A DNA stretch of 64,000 nt from Mobula hypostoma (GCF_963921235.1 NC_086108.1:2170001-2234000); one strand, 5' to 3'. Shown: positions 12,803 through 26,717, counted from the stretch's first letter. Notes: generated by a model not told the origin, from the sequence alone. Program-made: numbers and translations.

Positions 12803-14222
12803 TCTTCTACAAATTGGTCTAAATTTATTACAATTATTAAACACAAAATAATTACATAATTACTCACCCCCTGCAGGTCAGTATTTAGTAGAAGCACCTT
12901 TGGCAGCAATTGTAGCCTTGAATCTGTGTGGATAGGTCTCTATCAGCTTTGTGCATCTGGACACTGCTATTTTTTCCCCATTCTTCTCCACAGGAGCATA
13001 GAAAACCTACTGCTCGAGCTCTCAGATTGGTTGGGGATCATGAGTGAACAGCCCTTTTCAAGTCCAGCCACAAATTCTCAATTGGATTGAGGTCAGGACA
13101 CTGACCTGGCCATTCCAGGGCATTAACTTTTTTGTTTTAAAGCCATTCCTATGTAACTTTGGCATAATGTTTGGGGTCATTGTCTTGCTGGAAAACAAAT
13201 CTCCCAAGGTGACTGCATCAGGTTTTCCTCCAGGATTTCCCTGTATTTTACTGCATTCATTTTACCCTCTACCCTCACAAGCCTTCCAGGGCCTGCTGCA
13301 GAGAAGCATCCTTACAGAATGATGCAGCCATTATGGTAGGGATGGTGTGTTTCTGATGAGGTGTGGTATTTACGCTAAATGTAGCATATAGTCTGATGGC
13401 CAAAATGCTCAATTTTGGTTTCATCAGATCATAGAGCCGCTTTCCAGTTGACTTCAGAATCTCCCACATGACTTCTGGCAAACTTTAGCCGAGATTTCAT
13501 GTGAGTTTTTTTCAACAGTGGCTTTCTCTTTGCCACTCTCCCATAAAGCTGTGACTGGTGAAGCACCCAGGCAACAGTTGTTGTATGTGCAGTCTCTCCC
13601 ATCTCAGCCACTGAAGCTTGTAACTCCTCCAGAGCTGTCATGGCTCTCCCTCATTAGTCCCCTTGCATGGTCATTGGGTTTTTGAGGGTGGTCTGTTCTC
13701 AGCAGGTTTACAGCTGTGCCATATTCATTCCATTTGTTGATAATTCACTTAACTGCACTCAAGGAATATTCAGTGACTTGGAAATTTTTTCATATCCATC
13801 TCCTGACTTGTGCTTTCCAATAACCTTTTTGTGGAGTTGCTTGGGAATGTTCTTTTGTCATCTTGGTGTAGTTTTTGCCAGGATACTGACTCACCAGCAG
13901 TTGGACCTTCCAGATACAGGTGTATTTTTACTACAATCGAAACACCTGGACTGCACACAGGTTTATATATAGTTAGGACACTTTAATCCAATTGGCTGCA
14001 TCAGTGATGATTCAGTTTGTCATATTAAAGAGGGTGAATACTTGCACAATCAATTATTTTGTATTTTATATTTGTAATTAATTTTGATCACTTTGTAGTG
14101 ATCTGTTTTTACTTTGACGTAAAATACTTTTTCTGTGTAGAAAAAAAAGCGCCAAATTAAATCCTCTGTGATTCAGTGTTGTAAAACAATAAAACATGAC
14201 AACTTCCAAGGGGGTTGAAACT
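12803..14222 (-). mobile_element. Tc1/mariner DNA transposon, degenerate and internally deleted
   Basis: ORF 13429-13641 reads LEELQASVAEMGETAHTTTV...LYGRVAKRKPLLKKTHMKSRLKFA, followed by a SDETKIE-like segment. Ends are approximate. Confidence 0.85.
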
Positions 14223-16029
14223 TAAATCCAATCACTCCATTACTGGAAATTCCAAGACAATATCCTGGTTTGTGTAGTGTCTCCCCTTAACATTAAGGAT
14301 CCTAGTTTCATTCCTGAACTTCCACCAGGACAAACATGTCATACTGAAGATAAGAAGCGATTCTTCCATTGCTTTTATCTCCTGTACACCAAAGCCTCTA
14401 CCTTGCTCTCATCTAAGCATAATTGCTAAGAGCATTTCTATTGGATTTAGTCATTTTAGCCTGTAATGAAGTTTAGCATATCCTCTGGCAAAAGTTGGAA
14501 GCGAAGATTCAGCTGACTGATGTGCCCCAGCTTAAGCTTCAGACTGAAAGTAGTTATTAGGTGTGTGGGGGGGGGGGGGCGCGGTGGAAACACAATTCAC
14601 ATTCCCAGTAGAACAAATAAGATCCAACCGGTTCAGCAGCTTTACTTGTAGAATTCACTGGAACCTAAGTGGAGTCATGCCAAGATAGTGATGTACACAT
14701 TTGATCACACAATAGCATGTACTTTTCTTCCAAATTTACTGAGTAATTTTTCATTATGCATTTCTTTCTGGATTTGAGATACATATGCGGAACGGAACCG
14801 TGCTTATAAACGTCACTGGTAGTTGCAAATTCTGACCTGTGGGATATGCTGAAGTATGTCAACATTTTCTTTTAGTCGATGTGAGTAGTTTTACTAGTGA
14901 CTTGTCTTTAAAGAGACTACAAAGTTGGGGTAATTTTGTTCCTGTTTTGTAGTTTTATTTCATAGTTTACCCCGTTTGCATGTGCACAGAATGTTCCATT
15001 CAGTGAAGCTGATCCACAAGTGTGGTGAGAGCACATTTTGCCTAATGTTGTTGAGGTTGAGTAGTGTTTGGTGTACAGCCATGCCTTTGTGTTAGGAGTT
15101 TGACTTGTACTTTAATTGTGTCTTATTTCCCAGCTTCACTGTAACCACACACCAGGACTGAACTAGTGTGTTGCTTGCCTTAGAGACAGATGTAACCACT
15201 TAGGATATTGAGCACTTTTTTTTAAAAGAACTGACAAATAAATGTTGCAAATATTGTGAGCTGTCTTAGTACTGTTGAGTACAGTCTTTGGTTTCAAGGT
15301 TGTTGTCATTCGTCAATACACTTGTTACTTCAGATCTGACACAGCGTTTAAAACATTGCATGAAGAATGCATAAAACAATAAATATAAATACATATTGAT
15401 TTTATGTGCATAAAGTGACACTAGGGACAGGAGTATCTTTTCATAAGGTGACTGAATAAAGTGTAGTGGAGAGTGTCAGCCTGCTATACTTGTGGGTTCA
15501 AGCCTCACCTACACCTCATCAACCACTCGCCTGCTTTGAAAGAGCGTAGCAGCGGGTTTGCCAGTCTGGAAGTATTTTTTTTACATTATGTGCTCCTGTT
15601 GTTCAGAAAATGAACATCTGATGCCATATTGAGGGAGTGCTGTGGGTAAACAAAGGCAATAACCAAGCCTCTACTCGATATAAAGTCCCATGTCAGACAG
15701 GTTCACCTGAAGTCCTCAACTAGCCTGTGTTCAATATTATATTTCTGTTACTGCACATAAACCTCCTGTGTTTTTCTCGGCGCCTGACGTGCAATAAATC
15801 TTCTGAGACTCTGCCCAGGAGTTAGTCCAGCAAACTTTGTTGCTGGTGACTTCAACCATGCTAATCTGGTTTCTCTGAGCACTTTCTTGCAGACCACCCC
15901 CTGATTAAATGTGCCAAACCAGCTCAAAGGGAGATGAAGTCCTGGCCAGAAGAAGCAACCTTAGTGTAACAGGACTGTTTTGAAAACACAGATGGGAACG
16001 TGTTCAGGGAGGTGACTACCTGTGACCAT

Positions 16030-16600
16030 CAGAATCAGATTTAATATCACTGGCATACGTCATGAAATTTGTTAACTCTGCAGCAGTACAATGCAATAAA
16101 TGTTAAATATAGAGGAAAATAATTGCAATAAATATATGTATATTAAATAGTTAAAATAAGTGCAAAAACAAATAAATAAAAAATAGTGAGGTAGTGTTCA
16201 TGGGTTCAATGTCCATTTAGAAATCAGGCGGTAGAGGGGAAGAAGCTGTTCCTGAAACATTGAGTGCCTTTGGGATTCTGTACCTCCTGCTGGTACCGCT
16301 GAGAAGAGGGCAGGGCCTGGGTGATGAGGGTCCTTAATGATGGACGCCACCTTCCTGAAACATCACTCCCTGAAGATGTCTTGACCGCTATGGAGGCGAG
16401 TACCCATGATGGAGCTGACTAATTTTACAATTCTCTGCAACTTAGTTTGATCCTGTGCTGGAACACCCCCCTCTCCCTCTCTCCCCCACCTCATACCAGA
16501 TGGTGATGTAGCCAGTCAGACAGCTGTCCACAGTACAGTTTCCAAGTGTCAAACTAAATCTCAAACTGGTAATGAAATATAGTCGTTTGTTGCATTCTTT
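16030..16600 (-). mobile_element. Rex1/Babar-type LINE 3' end (abundant family)
   Basis: ATCAGAATCAGATTTAATATCACTGG...GAAGAAGCTGTTCCTGAA. Related copies lie at about 43120-43395, 44540-45230, 51265-51545, 55460-55858 and 58330-58845. Confidence 0.7.
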
Positions 16601-16964
16601 GTAGCGTCACGTGAACATTGTTGAATAACATTAACATCAATCATCTGTGACTGACAACATGGAGACATGCACAGAAGACATTACTGTTATTAAGCACACC
16701 TTTGTCAAGGTATAACAGAAGTCATGGCTGATATTAGAGGTACAGGCAAGGGTAAGAGGTCGCGATGCTCCCTTCTTTATTCCCATGCTAGTGCTGGAGA
16801 AGCTGTACAGGAGCTTGACATCGCCATCAGCGACTCAAAGCCACTCACCCTGACGCTGTCTTCATTGCTGCTGGTGACTTCAGTCGTGCCAATTTAAAAA
16901 CAGATCAGCTGAAATTCTACCAGCATATCATCTTTGCAATCAGAAGAGACAGTATATTAGAAAT

Positions 16965-17082
16965 AAGACAAAGTATGCAGATGCTGAAAATCCAAGCAAC
17001 ACACACAAAATGCTGGAGGAACTCAGCAGGCCAGGCACCATCTAGGTGAAAGAGTACAACTGATGTTTTGGGCCAAAGCCCT
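16965..17082 (-). mobile_element. Penelope 3' terminal fragment
   Basis: TGCAGATGCTG...TGCTGGAGGAACTCAGCAGGCCAGGCA matches the termini of the other Penelope copies. Confidence 0.7.
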
Positions 17083-17199
17083 GGTTTATACGAACGTTTG
17101 TGGATCCTATCGGGCTGCACGCTGCCCTCACCCCAGATTCTCAGGCTGCATATCCATTTTGCTAATCCCAGGGTACAGACCACCGGTTAAACAAATCAA

Positions 17200-18167
17200 G
17201 CAGCTGTTTACAATATACGTTAATGATTTTGATGAAGGGATTAAAAGTAACTTTAGCAAATTTGCAGATGACACAAAGCTGGGTGGCAGTGTGAAATGTG
17301 AGGAGGGTGTTATGAGAATGCAGAGTGACTTGGACAAGTTAGGTGAGTTGGCAGATGCAGTTTAATGTGGATAAATGTGAGGTTATCCATTTTGGTGGTA
17401 AGAACAGGAAGGCAGATTATTATCTAAATGGAGTCAAGTTAGGAAAAGGGGAAGCACAACGAGATCTAGGTGTTCTTGTACATCAGTCACTGAAAGCAAG
17501 CATGCAAGTACAGCAGGCAGTGAAGAAAGCTAATGGCATGCTGGCCTTCATATCAAGGGGAATTGAGTATAAGAGCAAAGAGGTCCTTCTGCAGTTGTAC
17601 AGGGCCCTGGTGAGACCACACCTGGAGTACTGTGTTCAGTTTTGGTCTCCAAATTTGAGGAAGGACATTCTTGCTATTGAGGGAGTGCAGCGTAGGTTCA
17701 CAAAGTTAATTCCCGGGATGGCGGGACTGTCATATGTTGAAAGATTGGAGCGACTGGGCTTGTATACACTGGAATTAGAAGGCTGAGAGGGGATCTTATT
17801 GAAACATATAAGATTATTAAGGGATTGGACTTGCTGGAGGCAGGAAGCATGTTCCTGCTAATGGGTGAGTCCAGAACCAGTGGCCACAGTTTAAGAATAT
17901 GGGGTAGGCCATTTAGAACGGAGTTGAGGAAAAACTTTTTCACCCAGAGACTGGTGGATATATGGAATGCTCTGCCCCAGAAGGCTGTGGAGGCCAAGTC
18001 TCTGGATGTTTTCAAGAAAGAGATGGATAGAGCTCTTAAAGATAGCAGAATCAAAGGTTATGTGGATAAGGCAGGAACTGGACACTGATTGTGGATGATC
18101 AGCCATGATCACAGTGAATGGCGGTGCTGGCTCGAAGGGCCAAATGGCGTACTCCTGCCCCTATTGT
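17200..18167 (+). mobile_element. 5'-truncated CR1 LINE inserted in a Rex1 remnant
   Basis: KFADDTKLGG, WQMQFNVDKCEVIHFG and RPHLEYCVQFWSP, then a 3' UTR ending CCTATTGT. Confidence 0.9.
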
Positions 18168-18367
18168 AAAGCCAGTTTACAGGGAGATCAGGACCTGGCC
18201 AGAAGGTGCCACCTCAGCACTGCAGGACTGCTTCAAAAGTACTGACAGGAGCATATTCAGGGAGGTGGCTATCTACAAATGTCACGTCAACATTGATGAA
18301 TATGCAGGATTGGTAAATGGATGCCTAGAAAAATGCATTGAGGATTAAATCATGATTGAACACTACA

Positions 18368-19304
18368 CTGACTCTGACTCTTAATACAGGAACCCCTCAG
18401 GGCTGTGTACTAAGTCCCCTCCTTTACTCCCTGTATACCCATGACTGTGTCGCCACCCACAGCTCCAATCTGCTAATTAAATTTGCTGATGACACTACAT
18501 TGATTGGCCTAAATCTCAAACAATAACAAGGTGGCCTACAGAGAAGTCATCTCTCTGACACAGTGGTGTCAAGTAAATAACCTCTCCCTCAATGTCGCAA
18601 AAACAAAGGAGCTGGTTGTGGATTACAGGAGGAATGGAGATGGGCTAACCCCTATTGACATCAATGGACCTGGGGTTGAGAGGGTGAACAGCTTTAAATT
18701 CCTCGGTATCCACATCACCGAAGACCTCGCGTGGTCTGTACCAGCTGTGTGGTGAAAAAGGCACAACTGGGCCTCTTTCACCTCAGACGGTTGAGAAAGT
18801 TTGGTATGGGCCCCCAAATCCTTCCTACAGGAGCACAATTGAGAGCATCCTGACTGGCTGCATCACTACCTGGTATGGAAACTGTACCCCCCTCAATCGC
18901 AGGACTCTGCAGAGAGTGGTGCGGACAGCCCAGCGCATCTGTAGATGTGAACTTCCCACTATTCAGGACGTTACAAGGACAGGTGTGTAAAAAGGGCCCA
19001 GAGGATCATTGGGGACCCAAGCCATCCCAACCATAATCTATTTCCAGCTGTTACCATCCGGGAAATGGTACCGCAGCATGAAAGCCAGGACCAACAGGCT
19101 CCGGGACAGCTTCTTCCACCAGACATCAGACTGATGAACTCACGCTGACTTGGGTGTACTCTATATTACATTGACTGTTCTATTTATTATAAATTATTAT
19201 AAATTACTATGATTGCACATTGCACTTTTAGATGGAGATGTAACGTGAAGATTTTTACTCATGTATGTGAAGGATGTAAGAAATAAAGTCAATTCAATTC
19301 AATT
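18368..19304 (+). mobile_element. 5'-truncated Rex1/Babar LINE with (AATTC)n tail and 7-bp TSD
   Basis: PQGCVLSP and KFADDT codons. CACTACA at 18361-18367 and 19305-19311. Confidence 0.8.
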
Positions 19305-19484
19305 CACTACAAGCACAAACCAGAAATCATAGCTGACTGGAGAGTTTCACGTACTGCTTAGGGATTGGGACATTGCCTTCAGATCGGGAGGACAGGATGT
19401 CTCTAAGGTCAGTAAGAGCTGCAATCTCCTGTGCCATTGGGAAGGCAAAGCACAAGTATGCACAGAAAATTCACAGACACCTCT

Positions 19485-19849
19485 GTGACACCTCTAGCCT
19501 CAAGCCTGAAGACTCCAGCCTCCAGCCTCCTGCCTCCTGCCTCCTGCCAAACCTCGCCTCTATCTTCAAGCCTGAAGACTCCAGCCTCGTCCTGCCTGCC
19601 AGCCAAGTCACGTCCTTGCCTAGTTCTGGGGTCCGAGCCAGAGGCAAGACCCAGGTACTGGATCCTTGTCCAGTCTCTGGCTCGGAGTCCTAGCCCGAGC
19701 TCCTCGCTGTCTTGTCCAGTCCTGTTCTGAGTTCCCGGTTTTCGTGTCCATGTCCTTGCCCTCACCCCGTATCCTGTCCTGTCCTGTCCCTAGTACTTCA
19801 GTGTCTGTGTCTTGCACTTGGGTCCATTCCCAGCCACCACCGTATGACA
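19485..19849 (+). mobile_element. Possible LTR fragment with short internal repeats
   Basis: Pyrimidine-rich, with CAAGCCTGAAGACTCCAGCCTC duplicated, and ends in TGACA. It interrupts a Rex1 remnant. Confidence 0.4.
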
Positions 19850-22389
19850 TCACCGGGTCTCCCTCACCCCTCACCCTCATTTGTGACATTTACCCAGAGA
19901 GTTGCAGATGTAGGGCCATTGTTGAGGATCCACACCACCCATCCCACAATCTCTTTGACCCACTACCATCAGGAAGGAGGTACAGGAGCATCAGGACTTG
20001 GACAACCAGACTGAGCAACAGCTTCTTCCCTCAGGCTGTGATACTAATGAATACCCTGCCACCACTGAGGCCTCGTCACTAGGACAGCTAGCTGCTTACT
20101 GTTTACCAGTGCTGAATGTGTTTTGAAATGTATTTTATTAATTTATTTGTGGTAATATTTTGTTTTATGTGCTTTGTGTGATATATGTTTTTTTGAGGGC
20201 ACTGTGGTCCAGAGGAACATTGCTTCATTTGGTTCAGATGACAATAAACTACAGCTTCTGATTGGAGGCTAAGACAACTCTCAAGTCAGCAAGAGCTGTG
20301 CTTTCTGGTACTACCAGGAATGCAAAACAGAATTATTCAGCGAATATACAGAGACACCAGAGACATCAGGCACATGTGGCAGGGCACCCAGACCATAGCA
20401 AACTACAAGGTCACCCTGTGTATCAACGACAGTGACACTTCTCTTTCTGGTAGGCTGATTGTCTTTTACTCTTGTTTTGATGCACAGAATGGTGTACCAC
20501 GGACGAAGGCTCCTCTCCCCCCCCCCCCCCACTCCCAAACAGCAGGCACTGTCTGGCTGCAGTTGATGCAAAGAAGACCCTAGTCATGGTCAACCCAGGT
20601 AAACTTGTGGGGCCTGATATCATACCTGGCCACACACTGAGGGACTGTGCAGCCTAGTTAACTGAGGTTTTAAAAGCCATCTCCACCATCTCTCTGGAAC
20701 AGTCCACTGTCCCCACAGGCTTCAAGGTGGCCACTGTCATTCTGCTGCCCAAGAAGGCGATGGTAACTTCGTCCAGTGGTACTGACCTCAACAACAATGA
20801 AGTGCTTTGAGCGGCTGGTTATAGATGACATTAAATCCAGTCTTCCTGCTACACAGGACCTTTTTTGTTTCTCTTTTCCCGCAGATAGGTGCACTAATGA
20901 TAGCTTCTGCTCTCCACTCCATCCTGAACCACCTGGAAAATGGTGCCTCATATGCCAGCTTTATCGACCTCAGCTCAGTGATTAATACAATCATCCCTCA
21001 GAAGCTGGTGGGTAAACTGTTCTTGTTGGGTCTGAACACCTCTCTCTGTAACTGGATTCCAGCCTTGTTGACAGAAAGGCCGCAGTGAATTGTGTTGGCA
21101 GAAACATCTCCAGCTCCATCACACTGAGCACCAACACTTGCGCCCCCCCCCCCCCAACCCAGGCTGGGTTCTCAATCCACTTTTGTTCACACTGCACAGC
21201 TAGATCCAATTCAAACCGAATTATCAAGTTTGCTGATGGCACAACAGCGGTTGGCCTCATCAGCAACAACTAGACGTCATGCAGATAGGAGGTACAGGGG
21301 CCAGTGGAGTGGTGTGAGCGTAACATGGACAAGACCAAAGAGTTGATTGTGGACTTTAGGAAAGTACTGGCTGACCACTCCTCATGGCTCCACCGTGGAG
21401 AGCATGTACATAAAAATGATCTCACCTGGTATCTCAATATAAACCTCTTTGGTCAAGAAAGCACAGCAGCATCTTCACTTTCTGAGGAGATTGCGGTGAG
21501 TGAAGGTCCCCCCCCCCTTCTATTTTAACCAGTTTTTACAGGAGCACCATCGAGAGTGTCCTGACCAGCTGCATCATCGTTTGGTACAGGATCTGCAACA
21601 TCTGACCATAATCCCTACAAAGGATTGCTAGGACTGCTGAGAATCATCAGGGTCTCTCTTCCACCCACTGGAGGTATTTATCTGGAGCGCTGTGTATTCA
21701 GAGTCCTTAGCATTGGCAATGATCCCTCCAATCTGTCCAACAGTAGCAGGCGGGGGTACCATAGCATTAGGACAAGAATTGTTTGAATGGGAAGTAGCTT
21801 CTTCCCTGAGGTTGTGAGACTACTGAGCTCTCTGTAACCACCCAGGTTTCATCACGTATGAAACACCAGTAGTGTTATACTATTGAACTTGTGTCATAAA
21901 TGCACCTTATTATTTGTTAATTTATTTGTGGTAATATTATTCTGTATTATGAATGTGAGTTTAACATACTGTGTTGTGCACCTTGGACTGGAGGAACGCT
22001 GTTTCATTTGGCTGTACTGTATACATGTGTACAATTGAATGACAATAAACTGAACTTTTGGATCCCTTGCAAAGATGTGGAAGTGTTTACAGGGAAGTAT
22101 TGCATTTTTCTTAGTACTTGGCCTCATCAGGAAATTATCAGTTGTTCACTTGTGTTCAAGATTATGGGACTTCCCATGATTGTGCAGCACAGGCTAAATA
22201 TCATCATAAGAGTGTGTGTGGGTAGACAATAACAATTGTTTTATCAGTACACTTGATCTTTATCATTAAATTTATTGCGTTAATGGAATCCATTGATTGT
22301 TGGACTCAGAAGGTGCAAACCTGTAATCCTTCAGACTTACTAAGTATATTAAAGGTGAGGGTAATACTTCTGAACTATAGGGGAATTGA

Positions 22390-22765
22390 GACCTTGCCAA
22401 GTTGTCATCATTACACACGTGAGCCTCCTGAAGATCCTCTGTATTTTCTGGCCAAGAAAGATCTCCAACCATGCCCTACTCCTTCAGTGTCACAAAGGAC
22501 ATGGCCACAATCATCATGAGGAAACGTTAGAGACGAATTGGATATGTGATGAGAAGAGAAGCCAACTCCATCATCAAGACAGCACTTCACTGGACCCTTG
22601 GAGGGCGGAGGGAATGCAGGAGACCAAAGACAGCTTAGCAGCGTACAGTAGAGTCAGAAATGAGGACCCTGAACCACACCTGGAGCACAGTAGAGATGGC
22701 CAAGGACAGAGAGAGAGGGAGGATCTTCATTGCTCCCCAAACCAGCGGTGTAACAGGTAGTAAAC
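22390..22765 (+). mobile_element. RTE-clade LINE 3' fragment
   Basis: Degenerate IGYVMRREANSIIKTALHWT...GRPK motif of the RTE ORF C-terminus. Confidence 0.7.
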
Positions 22766-22771
22766 CTAACC

Positions 22772-24314
22772 TATACGGGAACTGAAGGTTACTGAGGTGG
22801 AATTGGAGCTCAGGATCAAATTCAGATAGGCTATGATCTTCTTCTGGCAGAGCAAGCTTGATGGCTGGCCCAAGCCTGATGCAAACTTACAAAGAAACAT
22901 TGCATTTAATGGGATCCTCAATCAGAAATATTTTGGCTGATTTCACTCACTCAAGTTAAGTTTTCTTCCTCTTTCACATACAAATTGCCCTCCTATACAC
23001 TGACACTTTTTTCTGATTAATGTCAAGATGTGGCAGTTCATGACTTGGGCAAGTTTCCTATAGTGATTTCAAAGATGTAGAATCAGGTAGGATCAAAGGT
23101 AACAGCAGAACAATTCTATTGTTACAATGTATCTACAATGCTTCCTTTGCATTACATATAGTTGTCAAACACCTCCTTTTTCACACCCACACTCCAGACA
23201 CCCAAAATTAATGTTAATCTCCACCGACACACTCTCTGCATTCCTTTATATGCAGACATCAAGTGAATGGGTGTTTCCTGGTTTGTAATCAATCACAATC
23301 TTCAGCTCCAGGGAGGCTTTTGTTCAGAGCTGCATTTTAAATTCAGTCTACTATCCACATTCAAATCTGAAGATTGGCTGCTGATGAAATTAATATTTGC
23401 TATATACCCTAACTCTAGAATACACCCTAACACACCTCAAGGTTAGATGTGTTGTGCATTCAGAGATCCCCTTCTGCAAACCGCTGTTGTCCCAGGTTAT
23501 TTGAATTATTGTCACCTTCCTGTCAGTTTGAACCAGTCTGGCCATTCTTCTCTGACCTCTCATTAACAAGGTATTTTCACCCACTGAGTTTTCATTTTTG
23601 TATTTTGTACCATTCTCTGTAAACTCTAGAGACTATTGTGCATAAAAGTCCCAGCAGTTTCTGAGATAATCAAACCACCCAGTCTGACTCCATGAATCAT
23701 TCTTTAGTCAAAGTCACTTCGATCACATTTCTTCCCTATGCTGTTGTTTGGTTTGAACAACAACTGAACCTCTTGACCATGTCTGCGTTCTGTTATACAT
23801 TGAGTTGCTGCCACATGATTGGCTGATTATATATTTGCATTAACAAGCAGGTGTACCTAATAAAGTGGCCACCAAGTGTACACGATCCCATGAGGACATA
23901 CGACTCATTGTATAATTTCCGCAGTGTTACTGATCACCCCAAAGGCACATTGAAACTGTTCCTAAGTTTGGGGGTAGGTTGCTTACATGGGATTGGATAT
24001 CCTACCTGATTCTACGTCTTTGAAATCATGATAGGAAACTTGTCCAAGTCACAGACTGCCACATGTTCACGTTAATCAGAAAAGGTGTCAGTGTATAGGA
24101 GGGTAATTTGTATGCAAAAGAGAAAGAAAACTTGAGTGAGTCAGCTTAGCCAAAGTGTTTCCGATTGAGGATCCCATTGAATGCAATGTTTCTTCGTAAG
24201 TCTGCATCAGGCTTGGACCGGCCATCAAGTCTGCTCTGCCAGAAGAAGATCATAGCCTATCTGAATTTGGTCTCGAGCTCCATTTTCACCTCAGTAACCC
24301 TCAGTTCCCCTATA
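22772..24314. repeat. ~320-bp diverged inverted repeat (22772-23093 / 23999-24314)
   Basis: The arms are reverse complements along their length: TATACGGGAACTGAAGGTTACTGAGG...AATCAGGTAGGAT versus ATCCTACCTGATT...CCTCAGTAACCCTCAGTTCCCCTATA. Confidence 0.9.
23433..23880. mobile_element. Non-autonomous Tc1-like element (partial)
   Basis: Ends CCTAATAAAGTGGCCACCAAGTGTA and is homologous to 26168-26717. Confidence 0.75.
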
Positions 24315-24645
24315 TAAAAATGTCATGTAACATTGGGTTAAGCAAGCCTCTTCTTACAAGAGTGTCTCAATATGATGCCTGTTGCTCGGTTTTATTGAAT
24401 AAAACACTTCTATATCCACTAGCTTCAGGGTCTCTGGTGACTTGGTTCATGTCGCAACAGACTGGACGGGCTGCAGCAGCAGAAGACCGCACTTGGGTTC
24501 CACTCCTGTACCCAATCAAATGGTCACAGAGTCTCTTCAACACAAAAGAGTATTTTAGTTCCTGATTCTGGAGATAATCATTTCAAAGGTTCAGGTACTG
24601 CTTGTTCTAAGTCATGCTTGTGTTAACTCATTCCCACCAGCAGTA

Positions 24646-25170
24646 GACACAGAAGATTCTGCAGATACTGGAAATTTTGAGCACACACACAAAGTGCTGG
24701 AGGAGCTCAGCAAACCAGGAGGAAGTGAACAGTCAGCATTACGGGCCAAGACCCTTCAGGACTGAAAGGGCAGAAGACAGAATAAAAAGGAGGGGGAGGG
24801 AAGGAGCATAAGTTGGCAGATAATAGGTGAGTTCAGGCGAAAGGGAAGGGGGAGATGAGGGCGGGGCAGGAGGAGCAAAAGCTTGATGGGGGTCACAGGA
24901 AAGGGAAAGGATTACCAGAGTTAGAGAAATAGATGTTGATGCCTTCAGGCTGGAGAAACCCCAGGTGAAATATGAGGTGTTGCTCCGCCAAGGTGAGGGT
25001 GGCCTCAGTGAAGCAGCGGCGGTGGTTGTGTCAGTGTAGGATTGGATTGTGGAAGTGAAATGGGTTGACATCAGGAGATCATAGTGTTTGTGATGGACAG
25101 AGTGAAGACGTTCACAGTGATGACCTAATTTCATTGTTGTCGAGGACTCTGCACTGGGAGCACTGGATGT
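24646..25170 (-). mobile_element. Degenerate Penelope 3' fragment
   Basis: Penelope terminus, a deleted hammerhead remnant at about 24730-24765, and GIY-YIG remnants. Confidence 0.7.
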
Positions 25171-26167
25171 AGTAAATGCCAACAACACACCTGCTGCTGA
25201 AGCACTGCCTCGCGTGGATGGACCTGGTGACCTGCCCATCACTTTCCTCTGGTCCTGGGTCATACAGGTCAAATTATTAGATGGTAATTGAGACAAACGA
25301 GGTAAGACAATAACAATACTGAATAAAGTGTAACAGTTACAGAGGAAGTGCCGTGCAGGTAGACAGTAAAGCACAAGTCATGATTGTCCAGGAGTCTGAT
25401 AGCAATGGGATAGAAGCTGCCCATCAGCCTTGTTACAACAGCACAGGGAACATGAACAACTAGAAATCAGAAGTAGTTCTCAGACCAGAATGGCAACTGC
25501 TTATTCACTTCCACAGATGGCGTCTGACCTGCTCTGACCATAGTCTCTGCCTGACCTGCCGAGTTCCTCCAGCATTCTTTGTGTGTGTTGTATCAGAAGG
25601 AATTCAGCTGCTCAGTTCATATCGTGGTAGGTATCAAAGTCTTGGATGTGCAACAAACATACTGATTTCCATCCCTTTTGGTAAGTTTTAGAATTTGCCG
25701 TCATGCCTGAATTGCATTGCAACTGATGAGAAGTTTGGAATTTCCAGTCTGCAGTTTCGTAACAGTAACTTGGCTGAACTTGCTGATTACTCAACTCCCG
25801 AAAAGAAATCGAGAATTCCAAGTCATTAATAATTCTAGTTGTTAGTCAGTTTGGTGACCATTTTGTGTCGCACAATATACTGTTACACGTAACAGGGCAA
25901 ATTCATGCCGACTCCTGCAATGAAAGGCTTGCAACCAGTAGCAAAAGCACCAAATCTAAAGCTGAGAGATTACTTGCAGTAGTCACACGTTTTCCTCCTT
26001 GTTTAAACCAGAACTATGAATGGAATTTATAATGCCGGAAAAAAACATTGTGATAAATCACTGATCGAATGTAGACATTGTAAGTGCAGAATAGTTATTT
26101 TCTAGTATATCTTCCTTGTAGTTTAACTTTCCTGTGCTTAATTGTGAATTTTTGATCATCACTTAGA

Positions 26168-26717
26168 TGTATTGAGTGGCCATGTTATTTGGTACTTCCT
26201 AATGAAGTGGCCACTGAGTGTATGTTCATGGTCTTTTGCTGCTGTAGCCCATCCACTTCAAGGTTTGAGGTGTTGTGCGTTCAGAGATGCTCTTTTGTAA
26301 CATGTGGTTATTTAAGTTACTGTCACCGTCCTGTCAGCTTGAACCAGTCTGGCCATTCTCCTCTGACCTCTCTCATTAACAAGGTGTTTTCGCCCACAGA
26401 ACTGTCACTCACTGGGTGTTTTTTTTTTGTTTCTCGCACTGTTCTCTGTAAATTCTAGAGACTGTTGTGTGTCAAAATCCCGGGAGATCAGCAGTTTCTG
26501 AGGTATTCAAATCACCCCATCTGACACCGACAATCATTTCACGGTCAAAGTCACTTAGATCACATTTCTTCCCCCATTCTGATGTTTGTCTGAACAACAA
26601 CTGAACCTCTTGACCATGTCTGCATGCTTTTATGCACTGAGTTGCTGCCACATGACTGGCTGATTAGACATTCACATTAGCAAGCAAGTGCACCTAATAA
26701 AGTGGCCACTGAGTGTA
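26168..26717. mobile_element. Non-autonomous Tc1-like element (MITE)
   Basis: TIR ...AATAAAGTGGCCACTGAGTG-TA on the right, a degenerate inverted TIR on the left, and an extra internal TIR copy at about 26198-26222. Confidence 0.75.

Larger units (their letters stand above)
15700..22065 (+). mobile_element. Cluster of nested, degenerate Rex1/Babar-type LINE fragments
   Basis: APE remnants (GCTGGTGACTTCAACCATGC; REIRTWPEGATSALQDCF) and RT remnants (LTSTTMKCFERLV; KFADGTTAVGLISNN; NVAKTKELVVDYRR). Tails of the AATAAAC and (AATTC)n type. Confidence 0.75.

Noticed and set aside
14860..14890. 5-nt micro-exon (TTTTCTTTTAG TCGAT GTGAGT)
   Set aside because: No host gene is identified on that strand and the length is not frame-preserving.
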